A stretch of DNA of 58,592 bases, counting the filler, from Sphacelaria rigidula (taxonomy: Eukaryota), in NCBI GenBank assembly GCA_964200075.2. It is 8 parts of 8 records of this genome, joined end to end, with 100 filler letters (N's around TTAATTAATTAA, not from the genome) between each part and the next. Parts side by side here need not be neighbours in the genome. Positions count along the whole stretch, not along the records: positions 22,012 to 29,248 come from CAXNAA020015826.1; positions 29,349 to 36,584 come from CAXNAA020015827.1; positions 36,685 to 43,920 come from CAXNAA020015828.1; 5 more parts are not named here. The stretch is one strand, 5' to 3'. Both the position numbers and the translations under genes were made by a program. Numbering within the stretch: the stretch's first letter is position 1; each line of letters starts with the position of its first letter. The notes under the pieces were generated by a model. It was given only the letters and a program-made list of their open reading frames with translations. It was not told where the DNA came from and made no database searches. Positions 24,947 through 38,272 of the stretch are shown piece after piece.

Positions 24947-27900
24947 GCGTCCGGCAGTCAGACCCGCAACTCCACCGACACAATGTCCCTAACCTTAGGT
25001 AACAATGGTGGCTAGAGTCTACAGGACGCTCCGTGAGCTGAAGGACGCACAAGTCAGGCAAGAGTCTCGCCGTGAAGTGTTTGAAGCATGGACGGCATGG
25101 CTCGAGCGGCGGCAGCGCCGCTGGTGTTAGGTGAGCCACTACAGTCGCTAAAGTATGGTGAAGTATGGACATAGGAGGCATCACGGGTGTTTTTCGCAGC
25201 ATACGTTGAATATATACAGCGTCTGAGTCTCGCTAATGGACAAGACATTATACGGTATAAGAGAGTTAGCATAGGACAACGCATTCCTGTCTACATCCAC
25301 CGCTGCTTCGAAGACATGTACAAGGACGGTCGGGCTATGACTCCCGATGAATCGCTTGATGCTGTGAAGCAGCATGCCGGGTATACTACAACCGGTGGAA
25401 AGCATGACGCTACGCGTGCTGCAGCAGACCTGCGTAGGGTACTTACAATGAAGCAAAGCAATGGAAAGCCCGTAAAGGATCGTGCTGTGATGGTTAGTTC
25501 AAATATGAAACGGTGTTTTGCAGAGAACCTGATGGTGCAAGCCATGTACCGTGCGGGGGACAGGAATTGGTTGCCCGACCCGGCCGAGTCGGTTTCCATA
25601 GCTTTGGTTGACAGGATTTCGCCTCCGGAATTCAAGGAGTATGTAAAAGGTGTACTAACGTATGTTGACGGCTGGGAAAAGAACCCGACAGTGGTGTTCG
25701 AAAACATATTTGAGGCGACCGATCAGTGGAAGTTCATTGAAGCACATGGCCGGCGCGACTCTGCAACAAGTGCAGGTGGTATGCGCCGCAAACAGCAACA
25801 GCAACAGAAACAGCAGCCGTCTTCGCGAGACTTGTCCAATCGCGCATGTTACAACTACGGCGACACCGGACATATGGCCAAGGACTGCCCCAAGCCTCGC
25901 GCTCAAGGCGCGGAGCAGGGCAACGCACGAGATTCATAAGGATCTCGGGGCGGTCGTCACGGTGGACGGGACCGTGCCAATCAGGGACGCGGGCGTGGTG
26001 CCCGCGGTACCAGGAAATCGGCGGCGGATGGTGGTTCCTCCGCTGCTGTTTCTTCCACTACGTCATCAGGTGGTGGCTCTGGATCTTGTGGTTCGTCCGT
26101 AGCCGGGTGGACAGTGTACGTGGGATATGCAAATACTTGGGTGAGAAGTACTAGAGCGAACAGCTCGCAACCCATTGATTGGCCAGGCAGGATCCATATC
26201 TGGTGCATTCCGTACTGCTGCGACGGCTGTAACAGCGCCGTCTGCATATTGAGCGACGTGGTCTGGTTGGACCGACGATTAGCAGCTATCGATGCCAACT
26301 GCTGGAGGGCAGCCCTGGCGTTAGGTGACTCTTGGGACTGAACAGGGTTCTTCGGCAGGCGTGGTACCTGTCGACCGCAAGGCTGAATGCTTACGCGCGG
26401 ATGTAGCCTTGCCTGGTTCTGTAGGTTCGCCCATGGCCCGAGTTGTTCTGTATTCTGGGTCCGAGTCACCCTACGATAGGGGGGGGGGGGGGTATTTTGG
26501 GCCACTTATTGCACGAAATTCCAAGACAAGTCGCCGCTGAAATCAGCAACGGTTGCTCGAACGAGCTTGTTATAGATACATAACGCTCATTCATACCGAT
26601 TGACATCGTTTTGAACCAAATACAAGCGCATCGCGAGTGTCGCATGTCATCTGACACACTTATCAGCCTTTTTTTTCGTGCAACCAAATACCCCCCCCCC
26701 CATCGTAGGATGACTCGTCCGCGCTCACGTTGATCGGTGTGGAGTTGTTAGAGCAAATTTCTTCGCAGTTTGGCGGCGCTCAGCTTAAGATTCCGTTCGA
26801 AAACGGACCGCAAACGGTACAGACCGCCACGGGTGCTCCCGTAACGGTTACACACAGAACGGTGCCAGTTACTGTTGGCGTGCGTACGCCGTGGGGGACT
26901 GTGCAGTTGTAGTCCATTACATTCGCTGTCATGCCCAGTAGGAAGAACGTGATTCTATATGGGATGGCGACAATGAAGCAGCTCGGGATTGACCTATATC
27001 CGCTGGCGTTGGAGAAGTTACGTCCGCGTGCTGTGCCGGTGCAAACCGACGTGGAAAACCCCAGTTACTTTGCTGCAAGACGTGTGATCGTATCCATACG
27101 GTCATTCCAGAGCGCCAATGAGGAGGAGACTCCTACGGATGAAGCGGTGGAGCGCTTGGTCGATCGGGGGCCGGAAAGGTTCATGAACCCAGCAGAGGAG
27201 AGATGTTCAAGAAAATGTGCGCTTGAGGATCGTGTGCGGCAGGCCGAGCAGAAGGGCCTGAGCGCCGATGGCTCACATTGTCTGCGCGATGTTTTGGCTC
27301 GTCGCGTAGATACATTTCGTCGAGCGCTGCGTGGGGATCCGCCAGCGCGCGTGTAGCAAATGAAGGAGGCTGTGAAGGCCAAGCCTCGCCGCTGCGATCC
27401 GGTGAAGACCGTGTGGCTTGCTTCATGCATCACAGTTTTGGTGGCATCCGGTTTGTTGGTTAGGAATATTCAGGCAGTGTGGGTGAGTCCGGCGATGGCG
27501 GGTGCCGAAGAGGGACACAGTCCGTTTGGTCAGCGACTATCCGGCGGTGAACGCGCAAATGAAACAGTCTCCGGGGATGATGCCAAGCCAAGGAGACATG
27601 CGGGAGTTGCTGGGAGCCCAACAACAATATCGGTATGTCAGTTAACAGATTCCTGGAGAGCGCATTTTTTGGGGAGATGTGCTGTCTCTCTTGGTGAAGA
27701 TTGCTACCGTGCCTGTTCGTTCTGTTGCCGTGTACTGTTACGGATCGCGGCGTGGCATGATGGATAAAGACAGTACGATGGTGGGCCGTCGGTTTCAAAA
27801 CGACACTACGCCCGGAGTTCTGATTGCGGGAACTGGCTAGTAACGTGATCAGGGGTGAAGGCGGTGTAATCCGTCAAAAGACGGCATACATAAACATGCC

Positions 27901-29175
27901 TCTTTACATCTCGTTGGATCCGGTTCTTTACAAGGATCGATTCGACCAGCACCCTGGGGTTCACTTCCTGGAAGTGCCGAGTTTAACCCCACCAAATGGA
28001 AAAGAGAAATCGAATTGGCCTGAAGCTGTGATCGAGATATCGTGACGTTCATCGTGTATCGTTCTGCGTTGGATTTTCCCACGTGCTGTGAGCTTGCTCT
28101 TGTTTCAGACATAACGGTGAGACTGTAACGAGGTTGATTAAGACAACGAGCAGATGCCAGAAGATCGACATGATAGTAAAACGAGCTTTGTACACAAATG
28201 GAATGGTGAAATGTGTTATCATATAGTAAAAGTAAGTCATATCATGCATGAGCTAGCGAGACATCGTGACTTGAATGACCGAAATGCTATTGTTGTTCGC
28301 TCTAGTACGCGACTTGTACAGTAGAGACGCATGTCAACAGCAATCCTGGCCAACACTATTCTGTTTGTATCAGTACAGCCCGTGTAATGCCAATGATTCG
28401 CTGCCCTCGTTAGATGTCATTCGTACCGCGCAGCGCCAAACAGTCGGCGACGGTGTTCATTCTTTTCCTTCGAGTTGCAGTCAAGCTACTTTGGGTGACG
28501 ATGGTTTGTTTCGCGTGCGTGTTGGCAGTAGTGATGTTTTGTGGATTCCGTCGGATGATGAGGCTCTACGAACTCGCTTAATGGTGTGCGCTCACATGCG
28601 GTCGGCTGATCGCACCGTGGTGTGGCGCCGACTCTGTTTCGTTTGGAATAATACTATGTGTGGCCTCACATGGATTCCCACGTTCGCGAGTTCGTTCGCC
28701 AGTGTTTGCATTGTGTAGACACTCGTGCTGGTGAGATTGTACCTCGCCCGTATGGCGATACTGTGCATGGTACTGCGCCAGGTGAAGTTGTTCACTTTGA
28801 TTTTCTTTACGTCGGAAGTAGCGGACCTGAAGGTGCTAATGGTTTGCCTGAGGAGGATGGTTTTCGGTACGTTTTTGTTATCTTGGATGATTTGTCCAAT
28901 CTCGTTTGCTTGGAGCCGACCGAAGCTTGCACCGCCGAAGTTGCGGCTAAGCACTTGTTCCATTGGTTTTAGACTTTGAGGGTGCCGCGTGTTTGGTTTA
29001 GTGATACCGCCACGCACTTCAAGAACCGAGTGATCGCGCAGCTGAGCGATGCGCTGAGGGTGCAACACCAATTTGCTGTTGTGCATACCCCTTGGTCGAA
29101 TGATGCTTGCGAGCGCATGGTGAAAGAGGTTATTCGTGCGTTGCAGTCTATTTTGTGGGAACAGCGACGGCCGGT
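24947..29175 (+). mobile_element. Degenerate Ty3/Gypsy LTR retrotransposon (gag, protease, RT N-terminus, integrase); non-functional
   Basis: Gag 25187-25939 with mutated zinc knuckle CYNYGDTGHMAKDC; protease VVL(D>Y)SGS|ALTLIG...ILYGMATMKQLGI; RT start (PRR...WVSPAM...RLVSDY..VN) to ~27615, then RT/RNase H missing; integrase ~28440-29170 (WPHMDSHVREFVRQCLHC, VHFDFL, ILDDLS, FSDTATHFKN, PWSNDACERM). Order PR-RT-INT is Gypsy. Confidence 0.88.
26463..26716. mobile_element. MITE (254 bp) with GAG...CTC termini and 4-bp TSD, inserted in the Gypsy protease
   Basis: TIRs gagtcaccctacgataggggggggggggg-tattt / aaata-ccccccccccc-atcgtaggatgactc; perfect TSD GTCC (26459-26462, 26717-26720). Confidence 0.88.
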
Positions 29176-29248
29176 GTGTGAATGTGTGTGTGTGTTGTCG
29201 TCCCATTTATTCTGGGCGCTAGTCTACCCCTTTCGGAACATGTGGGCG
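29175..29248 (-). mobile_element. 3' end of tRNA-derived SINE inserted in Gypsy integrase (cut by contig end)
   Basis: (TG)n-ttgtcgtcccatttattctgggcg...cccctttcgg is the reverse complement of ~6045-6120. Confidence 0.75.
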
Positions 29249-29348
29249 NNNNNNNNNNNNNNNNNNNNNNNNNNNNNNNNNNNNNNNNNNNNTTAATTAA
29301 TTAANNNNNNNNNNNNNNNNNNNNNNNNNNNNNNNNNNNNNNNNNNNN
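29249..29348. other. Artificial contig-joining linker
   Basis: N44-TTAATTAATTAA-N44. Confidence 0.97.
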
Positions 29349-30092
29349 TGAGAGCAAAGCCTAGGGATTGATTCGTACGAGTCGAATCAATCATACTAAA
29401 ACCAAGTACTTTCCAGACGAATCATTATTTGTCCGACCCTTGATTGATTTTGGGGCATCATGTGATTTTTTCGTAATTGGCAATTTCATTGGGCTCTTAT
29501 CGCTCGCCACCGCTCATCACGCTGGGAATCTGAAGATCTTGGTATCCGCTCCACATTCCGAGAAAAAAATCATTTGTACTCAATATTGAGTGACTTACGG
29601 GCTGAGCGGTCATGGGGGGTCCTGCCACGTTTCAGCCCAGGTTCTTACTCTTCGGCATTTTCGGTCGTTCGAGCCTGTCCCGATCATATTTGTGAAAAAA
29701 TGCACACTTTTTTTGTCTTTACTTCTCCCTACTAATTGATTGCACTAGAGCGGAAGAACTGTTTTTCACGGTCAATAACACCCTTCTGATAAACGGGGTA
29801 TTCACTCGTATCGCCCGATAACACCAACTAACACTGACTCGGGCACTGTGTTTCGAGGATGATCTCTTTATTGCACCAAAATCTACCGACACTAGCATTT
29901 TCGAATTCTATCGAAGAGTAGTACGCGAGGAAAACCCCAAAATACCCTTGAATAGTTAGACCGCCCTCTACTGTATATACCAAGTAGTCGTCAATTCAAT
30001 CCACTTGGCATTGCACTGTCTGTATCACAGTGTACTTTCATGGGGTGCATATCCGGCAGATAATCAAGCAGTAGGCACTCTTGCATCCAATG

Positions 30093-30094
30093 GG

Positions 30095-30146
<52 letters not shown>
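30093..30146. repeat. (GTT)n microsatellite
   Basis: Direct read. Confidence 0.9.
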
Positions 30147-30452
30147 CTCCACATTCAAACCTGGTCACAGGCTAACTACCCCAAGCTAGGGTAGAAGAAA
30201 ATCATGAAAATAAAATCGTAGTACAGATTTTTTGCGGTAGAACATCAGCATGTTTTCGCTATGTGGCATGCACAGAGCTGCCGGTAGAAAGGACGACACA
30301 GGGAAACACCCCCAAGACGTGAACGCGAACGCGGTCGGCCGGGAAAAAGATTTTAGGCAGTTAACTTACAGCTTTGCATGCGCCAGGCGTTTGCTTTTTG
30401 CGCAATATTCTCGCATTGTTTCACCATATATGTCATGTTTTGTGACTTTTAG

Positions 30453-31147
30453 GGCGGCGAAAGGAGGGGATCTCTTCCAGAGGCTGGCGCTGGTCATGTG
30501 GGTCCTATGGAACGCCTTTTTGACTAACGTTGTCAGGCCCCTTCGTGGCTTTGTGGGCGCATCACTCGGCGGCGGTAAAGGCAGCACGACCATCACCTTG
30601 CAAAACGGCACAAGGTAGGTAGGTATATACGTTTGCTTGTATGTATATATGACGTAGTATGATTCACTGTAGCCATGAGAAGAGAGTGCTATTTTACTGT
30701 GCGTTTTTCTTCAACGCTAAAGTAGAGTCATGGCAGAAGAAAACGCGTATCTACGACTGTTCTTCATCCTGCTGTGCCGTTTTTGCGGCTTCTTGCTTCC
30801 AGGTGTACCAACTGTACGTTTTCGCCCCATTGCATCGCTCTTGTACGCGTCATGATGCGTCGGCATGGCATCCATCCCCTCAGGGTACGATATGGCAGCA
30901 CCCCTATAGCGGAGGGAGGGTTTTCGTTCGTGTTCGTGGCGAAGAACGCCTCGACCAGGGAGCGGTACGCCCTCAAGAAAATATTGTGTCAGGTACGTGT
31001 GGTGGTGGTAGGGGGGGGGGGGGGGGGGGGGGGGGGGGAAGGGGGAGGGTGGGAGGGGGTTTGTGGGTTCGCTCCGCTTGTGTACATGGGATTGAGATGG
31101 TTTCAAGCTTGTAANNNNNNNNNNTGTGAAGCAGTCATGGTTTTGCG

Positions 31148-31181
<34 letters not shown>

Positions 31182-34100
31182 GGGTCGTGGCGGTGCGCGC
31201 AAAGGATTGCTGGCAGTAGTGCTGGTGTTGCCGCTCCCCTTCCGTACTTGGTTGATGTACACTTGTCGCATGTTAACACTACCATTGAGATGTGTGCTAC
31301 ACACGCCTCTCAACGCCAAAGAATTGCGGCAGTAGATGAAGGAATGCGGTGTGCTGAACTCAAATCCCGCCTTAATTTTTTCCAGTTTGTGGTGCGTGGT
31401 GTTCCTGAGCAACCTGTCTACCCGCCTCATTCGTAGAAGGCTACGGCTGTAGACGTCGGCTATTACAGCGATCTGCCCTCGAACTAAAATTGCTGGCAAG
31501 AATTTGTCACTTGTCTTCCCGACCGCAGCGGAATGGGTTCCCCCTCGCCCGCAAGGATGCCCTCGTCGGTATCTTTGGTTTATGGTGTCCACTTGCATGC
31601 TGCATATGGACACACACACATATATATGTATATATATATGCTGGTGATCGAGCAGCGCATATGCTACGATGGTACTCTGGCTTGTGACTCGCGGACGTAG
31701 GTCGACGAGCAGAGGGAGCTGGCTTTGGCTGAGATGCGGTCGCATCGAGAGTTCTCGCACCCAAACCTGATGCCCCTGTTGGACTGCGCCTTCGTGGGGG
31801 TTTCACAGGGCGAGGCGGCGTTCATGCTGTTCCCTTTCATGGAAGGTGAGGGACGAAAACACTTGGTAGGGCGTATCTCGACAAAACTCAAATTCGGAAT
31901 CGAAAAATGGAATCGAATTCGAGTTTCGGTGTCGATGTATGCGGCAGCTGAATCCGCAACCAGTAGCGGAAATGATTTCTCTGTCCCCCTGTGTGTGTGT
32001 GTGTGTCTCTCTCTCAGTATACATATATATATATATATAGAAGATTTGAGAGCCATGACGACGGATCAGCTTACAAATAACAGCCAGTCCGAGAGGCCCA
32101 ACCGCTGACAAGAGACAGTATCGCTGTCCCGCTAACCGTCGTTGTGACTGGCCTCACGGTAGCGCTCTCTCAGCCACGTACAGTGGCGCCTATTTTTCTT
32201 CGATCTTTCCACGAAAGAGGTTTGCAAATGACTGTTTTCTCAAAAACTGCGCAGTAAAAATGGTGCCGAAACTGTGCGCTTTGGGGCCGAACGGATTCCG
32301 TACAGAATCGTGTTTGCGTACGTTGTTGATGCCCGCCTAATATGAAACCAAAACGCACGGAATCGAAACATTCTTTTTATTCTGTTATAGTGCACCCCGA
32401 GTGTTTTGTCCCGTGTTTCCGCGTCTTTTTGGGGGGCGATATATACGCGATGCTGCATGCTCTGCAAATAGTGGGCACGCTTTGCATCTCGAAACGTCCC
32501 AAGCGCTGACACCGATGCGAGCTTTTATAATGTTCCACGATATACTGATGCACCTAGTTTCGATTCAGGGCATCAGTTTGGATTTACCCAAGGAAGGATT
32601 CGGAACATGGGAAGCAGTTTAGTTGCGGTACGGCGGGGCAAACAAGAAGTTTGTGTTTATTTTGATTCCGATGCCGATGAATTATTTGCCGTAAGATACG
32701 CTCTAACATGTTGTTTGTTTTTCGAGTTCAATTCCTACGAACCATGTGCTTGAATCGAGACCTCGGCTCTAAGTGGCAGCAAGTGATTCGTCGCCGCAAC
32801 CATGTGTAGTTGAGCCGAGTTGAGCGGTGTATCGCAGTCACTTCGGTGTCTGAGCTTAAATTTCTCTGTATAGGCACCAAGCCCGTGCGTGGTATGTGCC
32901 CCCACACGAAGAATCAGAAGACTACCAAATAACTGCCCAGCCTTTGCAGTAAAATGAGTATTATTGTGAGTACAACGGTACGGGTAGGGGGTTTCTGTGG
33001 CAGCCATGACGTCCGTCAACATGCCATAAACTTTAACACGTACTCGCGCGACGTAGATTTGATGATTTCTATCGGAAGCTCTAGACAGGAGGAGCAACGT
33101 CTTGTTTCGCACCGGGGCTTGATTCATGATGCCGAAGGTGACATACACCCTTTCCAGACCATCTATGGTAGGTGCTCACGCGCACCACCACCTACCTGTT
33201 ATCCTGGCCCTAGATCGCCATCCCTCCTAATTCCTTGTGCTGAGATAGCAGAATAACCGACGTTTTCAAGATGAGATAATTCCATAGCCACAATAAGTTG
33301 CACCCCGAATTTCAACTCCATGGAAATAACTACCCCAGGACGCAATATGGGTATATTGGGTCGGCTGTAGATGCTTCATGCTGGTCACGCTAGAAATCGT
33401 CAAAAACCTCCGAGCGCAGACGGGGGGGCGTGGGTTCGAATCTCGGTGAAGTCACACGGTCTGGGATTTTTTTCTCGCATCATGCCCAACAGTGGAAAAT
33501 GACCATGTCGTGGGCACACAAAATTCGACTTCACGGTCGACGAGAGAAGGGGCCGCTGAACTCTTCGCGCGATAAAGAGAAGGACAAGCACCGCAGAAGG
33601 GAGGTGGGGTATCTTTTCTGGACGCCAAGCCTACACCTTACGGTACTCGAGTAGAAAAATTAACCATGGCTCGAATCATCCCCCCCTCTGCCCTTCTCTC
33701 CATCCAGATCCACGTAATGATATCAAGAGATACTACCGCGCTTGCTCTATGCAACGTACCAAAGTACCGAGACAAGAAGTGGTCATGGAGGATATTTCAT
33801 GCTGTGACTGGTTTCGGTGAACATCCGTTACCCACGTGTGTGCTGCAGTGGGTAAAATTGGATGGGAAAAATCTTTGAACACGCAACAGCGAACATGCTC
33901 TATAGCCAAATATTGTATGTCTCCCGAGCTTCTCTTGGACTACTTGATCAGATGCTTCATCTGGCCTCCAGAATTGTGAAGATACTTCTTTCCAACGCTT
34001 TCCTAGGCTCGTGACGAGGACAACACATACACCCATACACGATGCCTTGTGGCACCATATGAAAGCTAGAGACTACATCAAAGGCTGTCCTACTCCCACT

Positions 34101-35595
34101 CCTCCCTCCGTGCCCCCCGGGGTTTTGCCTCAATGCACGCGGACAGCTGGTACCAATACAGCATGCATCCCTTGCGTGCCCGCTGCTACCAAATGCTGAC
34201 GCCTTCATCGCCTCGCCGCGACTGCTGTACTGCTTGTGTGCGCAGGCTCGCTGCGAAATCTCATCGACCAGCGGGTGCTAGGGGGCGGGCCTCCTTTGGG
34301 TGAAGTGGAAGCGCTGGTTATTTTTGCGGGGGTGTGCCGTGGGGTGAAGGCGCTTCACGGTCACAGGCCGGCATGGGCGCACAGGCATGGACGTTGGAGA
34401 ATTTCAGCGTGAATCCATGTACTTGTTTTTTGCGGTGGTCGTTATGGTCGTGATACCCATCGTGGTCCTGTTCGTTGGTTTTTTGTTGCCATTTTTTTTC
34501 ACGCACTCCGTGTCTATTTCCCCTTGTTCTGAAGCGTCCTATGATCGTTCCGGCTCGCCTTTGATTTATGAAGGTGGCATATAGCGGCGTAATTTTAACA
34601 AAACGGAGGCAATATTGATATTAATATTCTTCACTGTGATACGGCACATGCTCCAAAAGTGCCAAGAACGACCTTGCCGCTCTCACCTGATACTACTTCG
34701 ACCCTCGCCTCCACATCACAACACAGAGACATCAAACCAGAGAACATCATGCTCAAAAGAGATGGAACACCCGTGCTCATGGACTTCGGCAGCGTGGCGC
34801 CGGCGGAGCGACGGGTTAAAGGAAGAACAGACGCCCTGGCGGTGCAAGACGAAGCCTCCCAGCACTGCACCATGCCGTTTAGGGCCCCCGAGCTCTTCGA
34901 TGTGGGGAGCGATGCGGTTTTGGACCAGAGGACAGACGTCTGGTCCCTTGGGTGTCTCTTGTACGCCATGCGCTTTGGCTACAGTCCATTCGAGTGCGAG
35001 TTTGCTGGTGCTGGCGGCAGCGGGCGGGGAGGAGGAGGTGTTGGTGATGTGGCCGGGGTCAGGGTCGTGGAGTGCTCATTTTTGAGGGTTATTGGGACGG
35101 TCGTGTTTCCGTCGTCGATGGGTCAAGGGGGGTTTGGTTGCTACTCCGAAGGCTTCCGAGATTTGGTGATATTCACGCTCCAGCAGGATCCATCGCAGCG
35201 GCCGTTTGTGGAGGAAGTACTGCAGCGGACGGTGGCCCTTTCGGGCGTGGAGGTGTGTTTGTGTTTTTGTTTGTGTGTGTGTGAAGACTGCTGTTGTGCT
35301 CGTGCTTTTGGAAGCATTAAAAGGGTGTCATGCCTTGTTTTGTTTTTCCTTCCCTCCCGGAACACACGCCGCACATGTGGCGTCGAGCGATTTATTTGTA
35401 CAGACACGACGTATGTGTGTGAGTGTGCATGTGAGAGTGAATGTGTTCGATTGCTGCTGTTGTTTTTATTGCTCGTCTCTACCAAGCATCTTCACAACGA
35501 ACATTTTCCTTGCCACTCTTGCTGTGCGTGTACACGCAATCACGACAACTGACGTACAGGCGCGAGAAAATCATGCGGCCATCGACATGGCATGA
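30453..35595 (+). CDS. STK16: Ser/Thr protein kinase of the NAK family, STK16/MPSK1-like; near complete, start codon uncertain
   Basis: Exons 30453-30614, 30884-30992 (IAEGGFSFVFV...YALKKILCQ), 31701-31845 (EMRSHREFSHPNLMPLLD...MLFPFME), 34246-34384 (GSLRNLI...WAHR), 34727-35252 (DIKPEN, LMDFGS, QDEASQHCTMPFRAPELFDV, RTDVWSLGCLLY..FGYSPFE) and probable terminal exon 35560-35595. EGGFS, DFGS and CTMPxRAPELFDV are STK16-type signatures. Confidence 0.88.
33400..33635 (+). mobile_element. Diverged tRNA-derived SINE copy
   Basis: B box gggttcgaatct and body tctgggattttt...tgcccaacagtgg...acggtcgacgag...acaagcaccgcagaagg shared with 5763-6121. Confidence 0.7.
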
Positions 35596-36584
35596 TGGCT
35601 TTCAGGTGGACAGGGGAACAGATGGAACGCCTAGTTTACTCTACTGGGGGCGCCGTTAATCGGGTGCACGTTGGTGCAGCCTAAAATGCAAATTTCCAAC
35701 GTGAAGGGTGTCCCGTGTTTCTCATTTTCATGAGGCACACGGCACACGGAATGAGGTGAAGATAAGAGGTCGCTACTTGTGGTGACCGTGGCAACGAAGG
35801 CTATCGCCGCTACACTGACCGAAACAGGTGTTGGGGACGCATGGAGATACTCGGCAACATGGACGCTATGGTCTCGTCCATCACATGCTAGGCAGATATC
35901 GAAGCGACACCTCTAAGCAAGGAGACCGTACATTGTAATTTAGGTGGTGTTGAAGTAGGCGCTTTCCGCCCTTGATGCTGTTTGTTCTTCGTAGGATCGG
36001 GGGTATCCGTTCAGTCTGTCTTCGTGTACCTGCAGATGGTGGGGTGTCTTTTTTTATCCCGACGTGACGTGGGCTCCCAGGCAGTTGGTGGTATTCAGTT
36101 GACTTTTTTGCCTTCCGCCCAAAGGCGAGATTCGAACATAAAAAAATGTTGAGTTGCATGGACATCAAGGCAGCATGTACACGCTACTCCCAGTCTGGCT
36201 TTTTTGTAGTTGTTGGCATACAAATCATCCGGATTTAATGACTATTCGACATGGCTCGGCGGACGAGAGTCCACCAGTGCACCTGTCCCAGGGTTACACT
36301 ACTACTTTTTTTTGTGTATATTTTCGGGTTCAAAATATGTACAAACATCCCAAAAGTCATGAGTTGAATGTGGAACTCAAGGTAGAAAGTAACCGAATGT
36401 ATAAATACGCCAAAATAGGTTAGTTAGTTGGCTTGAAGCTGAAGTTGCAGGGTAAGTCATGCGAGAGGGGAAGAGTCCACAGTTAGGACAAATCACCTCG
36501 TGAGTCAACTCAGAGTAATCATTTCAACGAATAGATCATACTATTCGTACACCATTAAACAGCGAATTGTGCGAATTGAGGTTT

Positions 36585-36684
36585 NNNNNNNNNNNNNNNN
36601 NNNNNNNNNNNNNNNNNNNNNNNNNNNNTTAATTAATTAANNNNNNNNNNNNNNNNNNNNNNNNNNNNNNNNNNNNNNNNNNNN
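36585..36684. other. Artificial contig-joining linker
   Basis: N44-TTAATTAATTAA-N44. Confidence 0.97.
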
Positions 36685-36791
36685 GGGATGCGCGGTCAAT
36701 CGTCTGATCACTAGGGCATGCATGTTCATGAGTACCCCCCCCCCCTCTGCTCAATGGTGTGATGACTATGGCATGCATGATCACGAGCACC
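36685..36791 (+). mobile_element. Two head-to-tail end fragments of the C-run-anchored repeat family
   Basis: gggatgcgcggtcaat...ttcatgagta-ccccccccccc, then tcaatggtgtgatgactatggcatgcatgatcacgagca-cccctcccc. Confidence 0.7.
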
Positions 36792-37299
36792 CCTCCCCCT
36801 CTGCTGGTTGCGAATAGTAGACTAGAGCGGAACCCGCTGCGAAACGGGAGTGGTGGTTGTGTACGAGCTGGGCAGACGGAGACGCGAATTTGTGTTTGGC
36901 CGACCCCGCCTACCCTCAATTTTGCTTCCTAGACGTTCACATCTGGTACAAACAATCGTCAGGGGATGCTGACGACATGTCATGCGGCGGGACATCGATT
37001 GTCCCCCCTATTTAGCGTGAGAGTAATAGACCGGATATTCGAAAGTTTCGCAAAACGCTTTTTTGGTAATTTCACAGTGAAACAACCTCAGGATCAGAGG
37101 ATAACGAAAAACTATTTCCCTCTCCATCAAATCCTGCATCCTCTCAATTTTTTTCCGACAATCACTTTTTTTTTTTAATTCTGCACCGTGAACCTGAGTA
37201 ACTGGCACTTTGAAAGGACAAGAAGGCGTTTTCCGAAACTCTATTACGGCGAGAGATTTTCGGCCGCGGGTCTTCATATATTTTGAATCCATTGGTGTC

Positions 37300-38272
37300 A
37301 GGATGTTAGGCCGGATGTTATGGTTCACAGATTTTTGACCCACGGACTCTTCGCTTCTGGGGCGATTGAGACGGTTTTTCACCGCCAAACTGGAAATATC
37401 GTCAACACACGTCTTGGACACTTTGCATCACCGTGCAGACAGGAGCCTAGCCCACTTTTCAGATTTGCTCGGCTCCAAGGTGTATCAAGAGCGGCCTCTG
37501 AACAGTAGCCCGTGTGCAAAGCAATCTGCGGCGATCTCCACAGACTACGCCGGATGTTATGGCAAACTGATTTTTGGCCCACGGATTCTTCAACGTAGAG
37601 ACATTTGACCCCCCTATTGTCCCCTAAACAGGGAAAATCGTCAACACACGTGTTGGACACTTTTCATCACCCCACGGAGAGAAGCCGAGCCCATTTTTCA
37701 GATCCGCTTGGCTCCGAGGTTTCAAGATTGGCCGCTGAACAAAAATTCGTGTGTGAAAATCCGTGCTTGCTGACCCCCGCTAGTTCGCACAATATTCTAC
37801 GGAGATCGCCGTGGATTTGTTTGCGCAAGGATTTTCATTCGGCGGCCGCTGCCCAAATGTTGGAGTCAAGCGAATCTGAAAAGAGGCCTACATTCCTCTC
37901 TGCACGGTGATGCAAAGTGTCCATGACGTGTGTTGGCGATGTTCCCTGTTTGGGGGTGAAAAAGTGGCTCAAACGCCAACAAAGTTAGCCGTCCGTGGGA
38001 CAAAAATCTGTGTGCCACAACATCCGACCTCTACTGGGCAATGTGACGGGGACCGACAAGCACAGATTTTCCCACACGACTCACTGTTCAGCGGCCAATC
38101 TCGAAACGTCGGAGCCAAGAGAATCTCAAAAGCGGGCTAGGCTCCTCTCCGCTGAGTGATGCAAAGTGCCCAAGACGTGTGTTGGCTATTTTCCCTGTTG
38201 GGGGGTCACACAGTGCCACAAACGTCCAAATGAACAATCCATGGGCCAAAACTCTGTTTGCCATAACATCCC
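37300..38272. repeat. Composite foldback: four ~240-bp units arranged as two forward then two inverted
   Basis: Units start ccggatgttatgg at ~37311 and ~37550 and contain cgtcaacacacgt.ttggacacttt; their reverse complements lie at ~37800-38028 and ~38045-38272. Confidence 0.75.
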
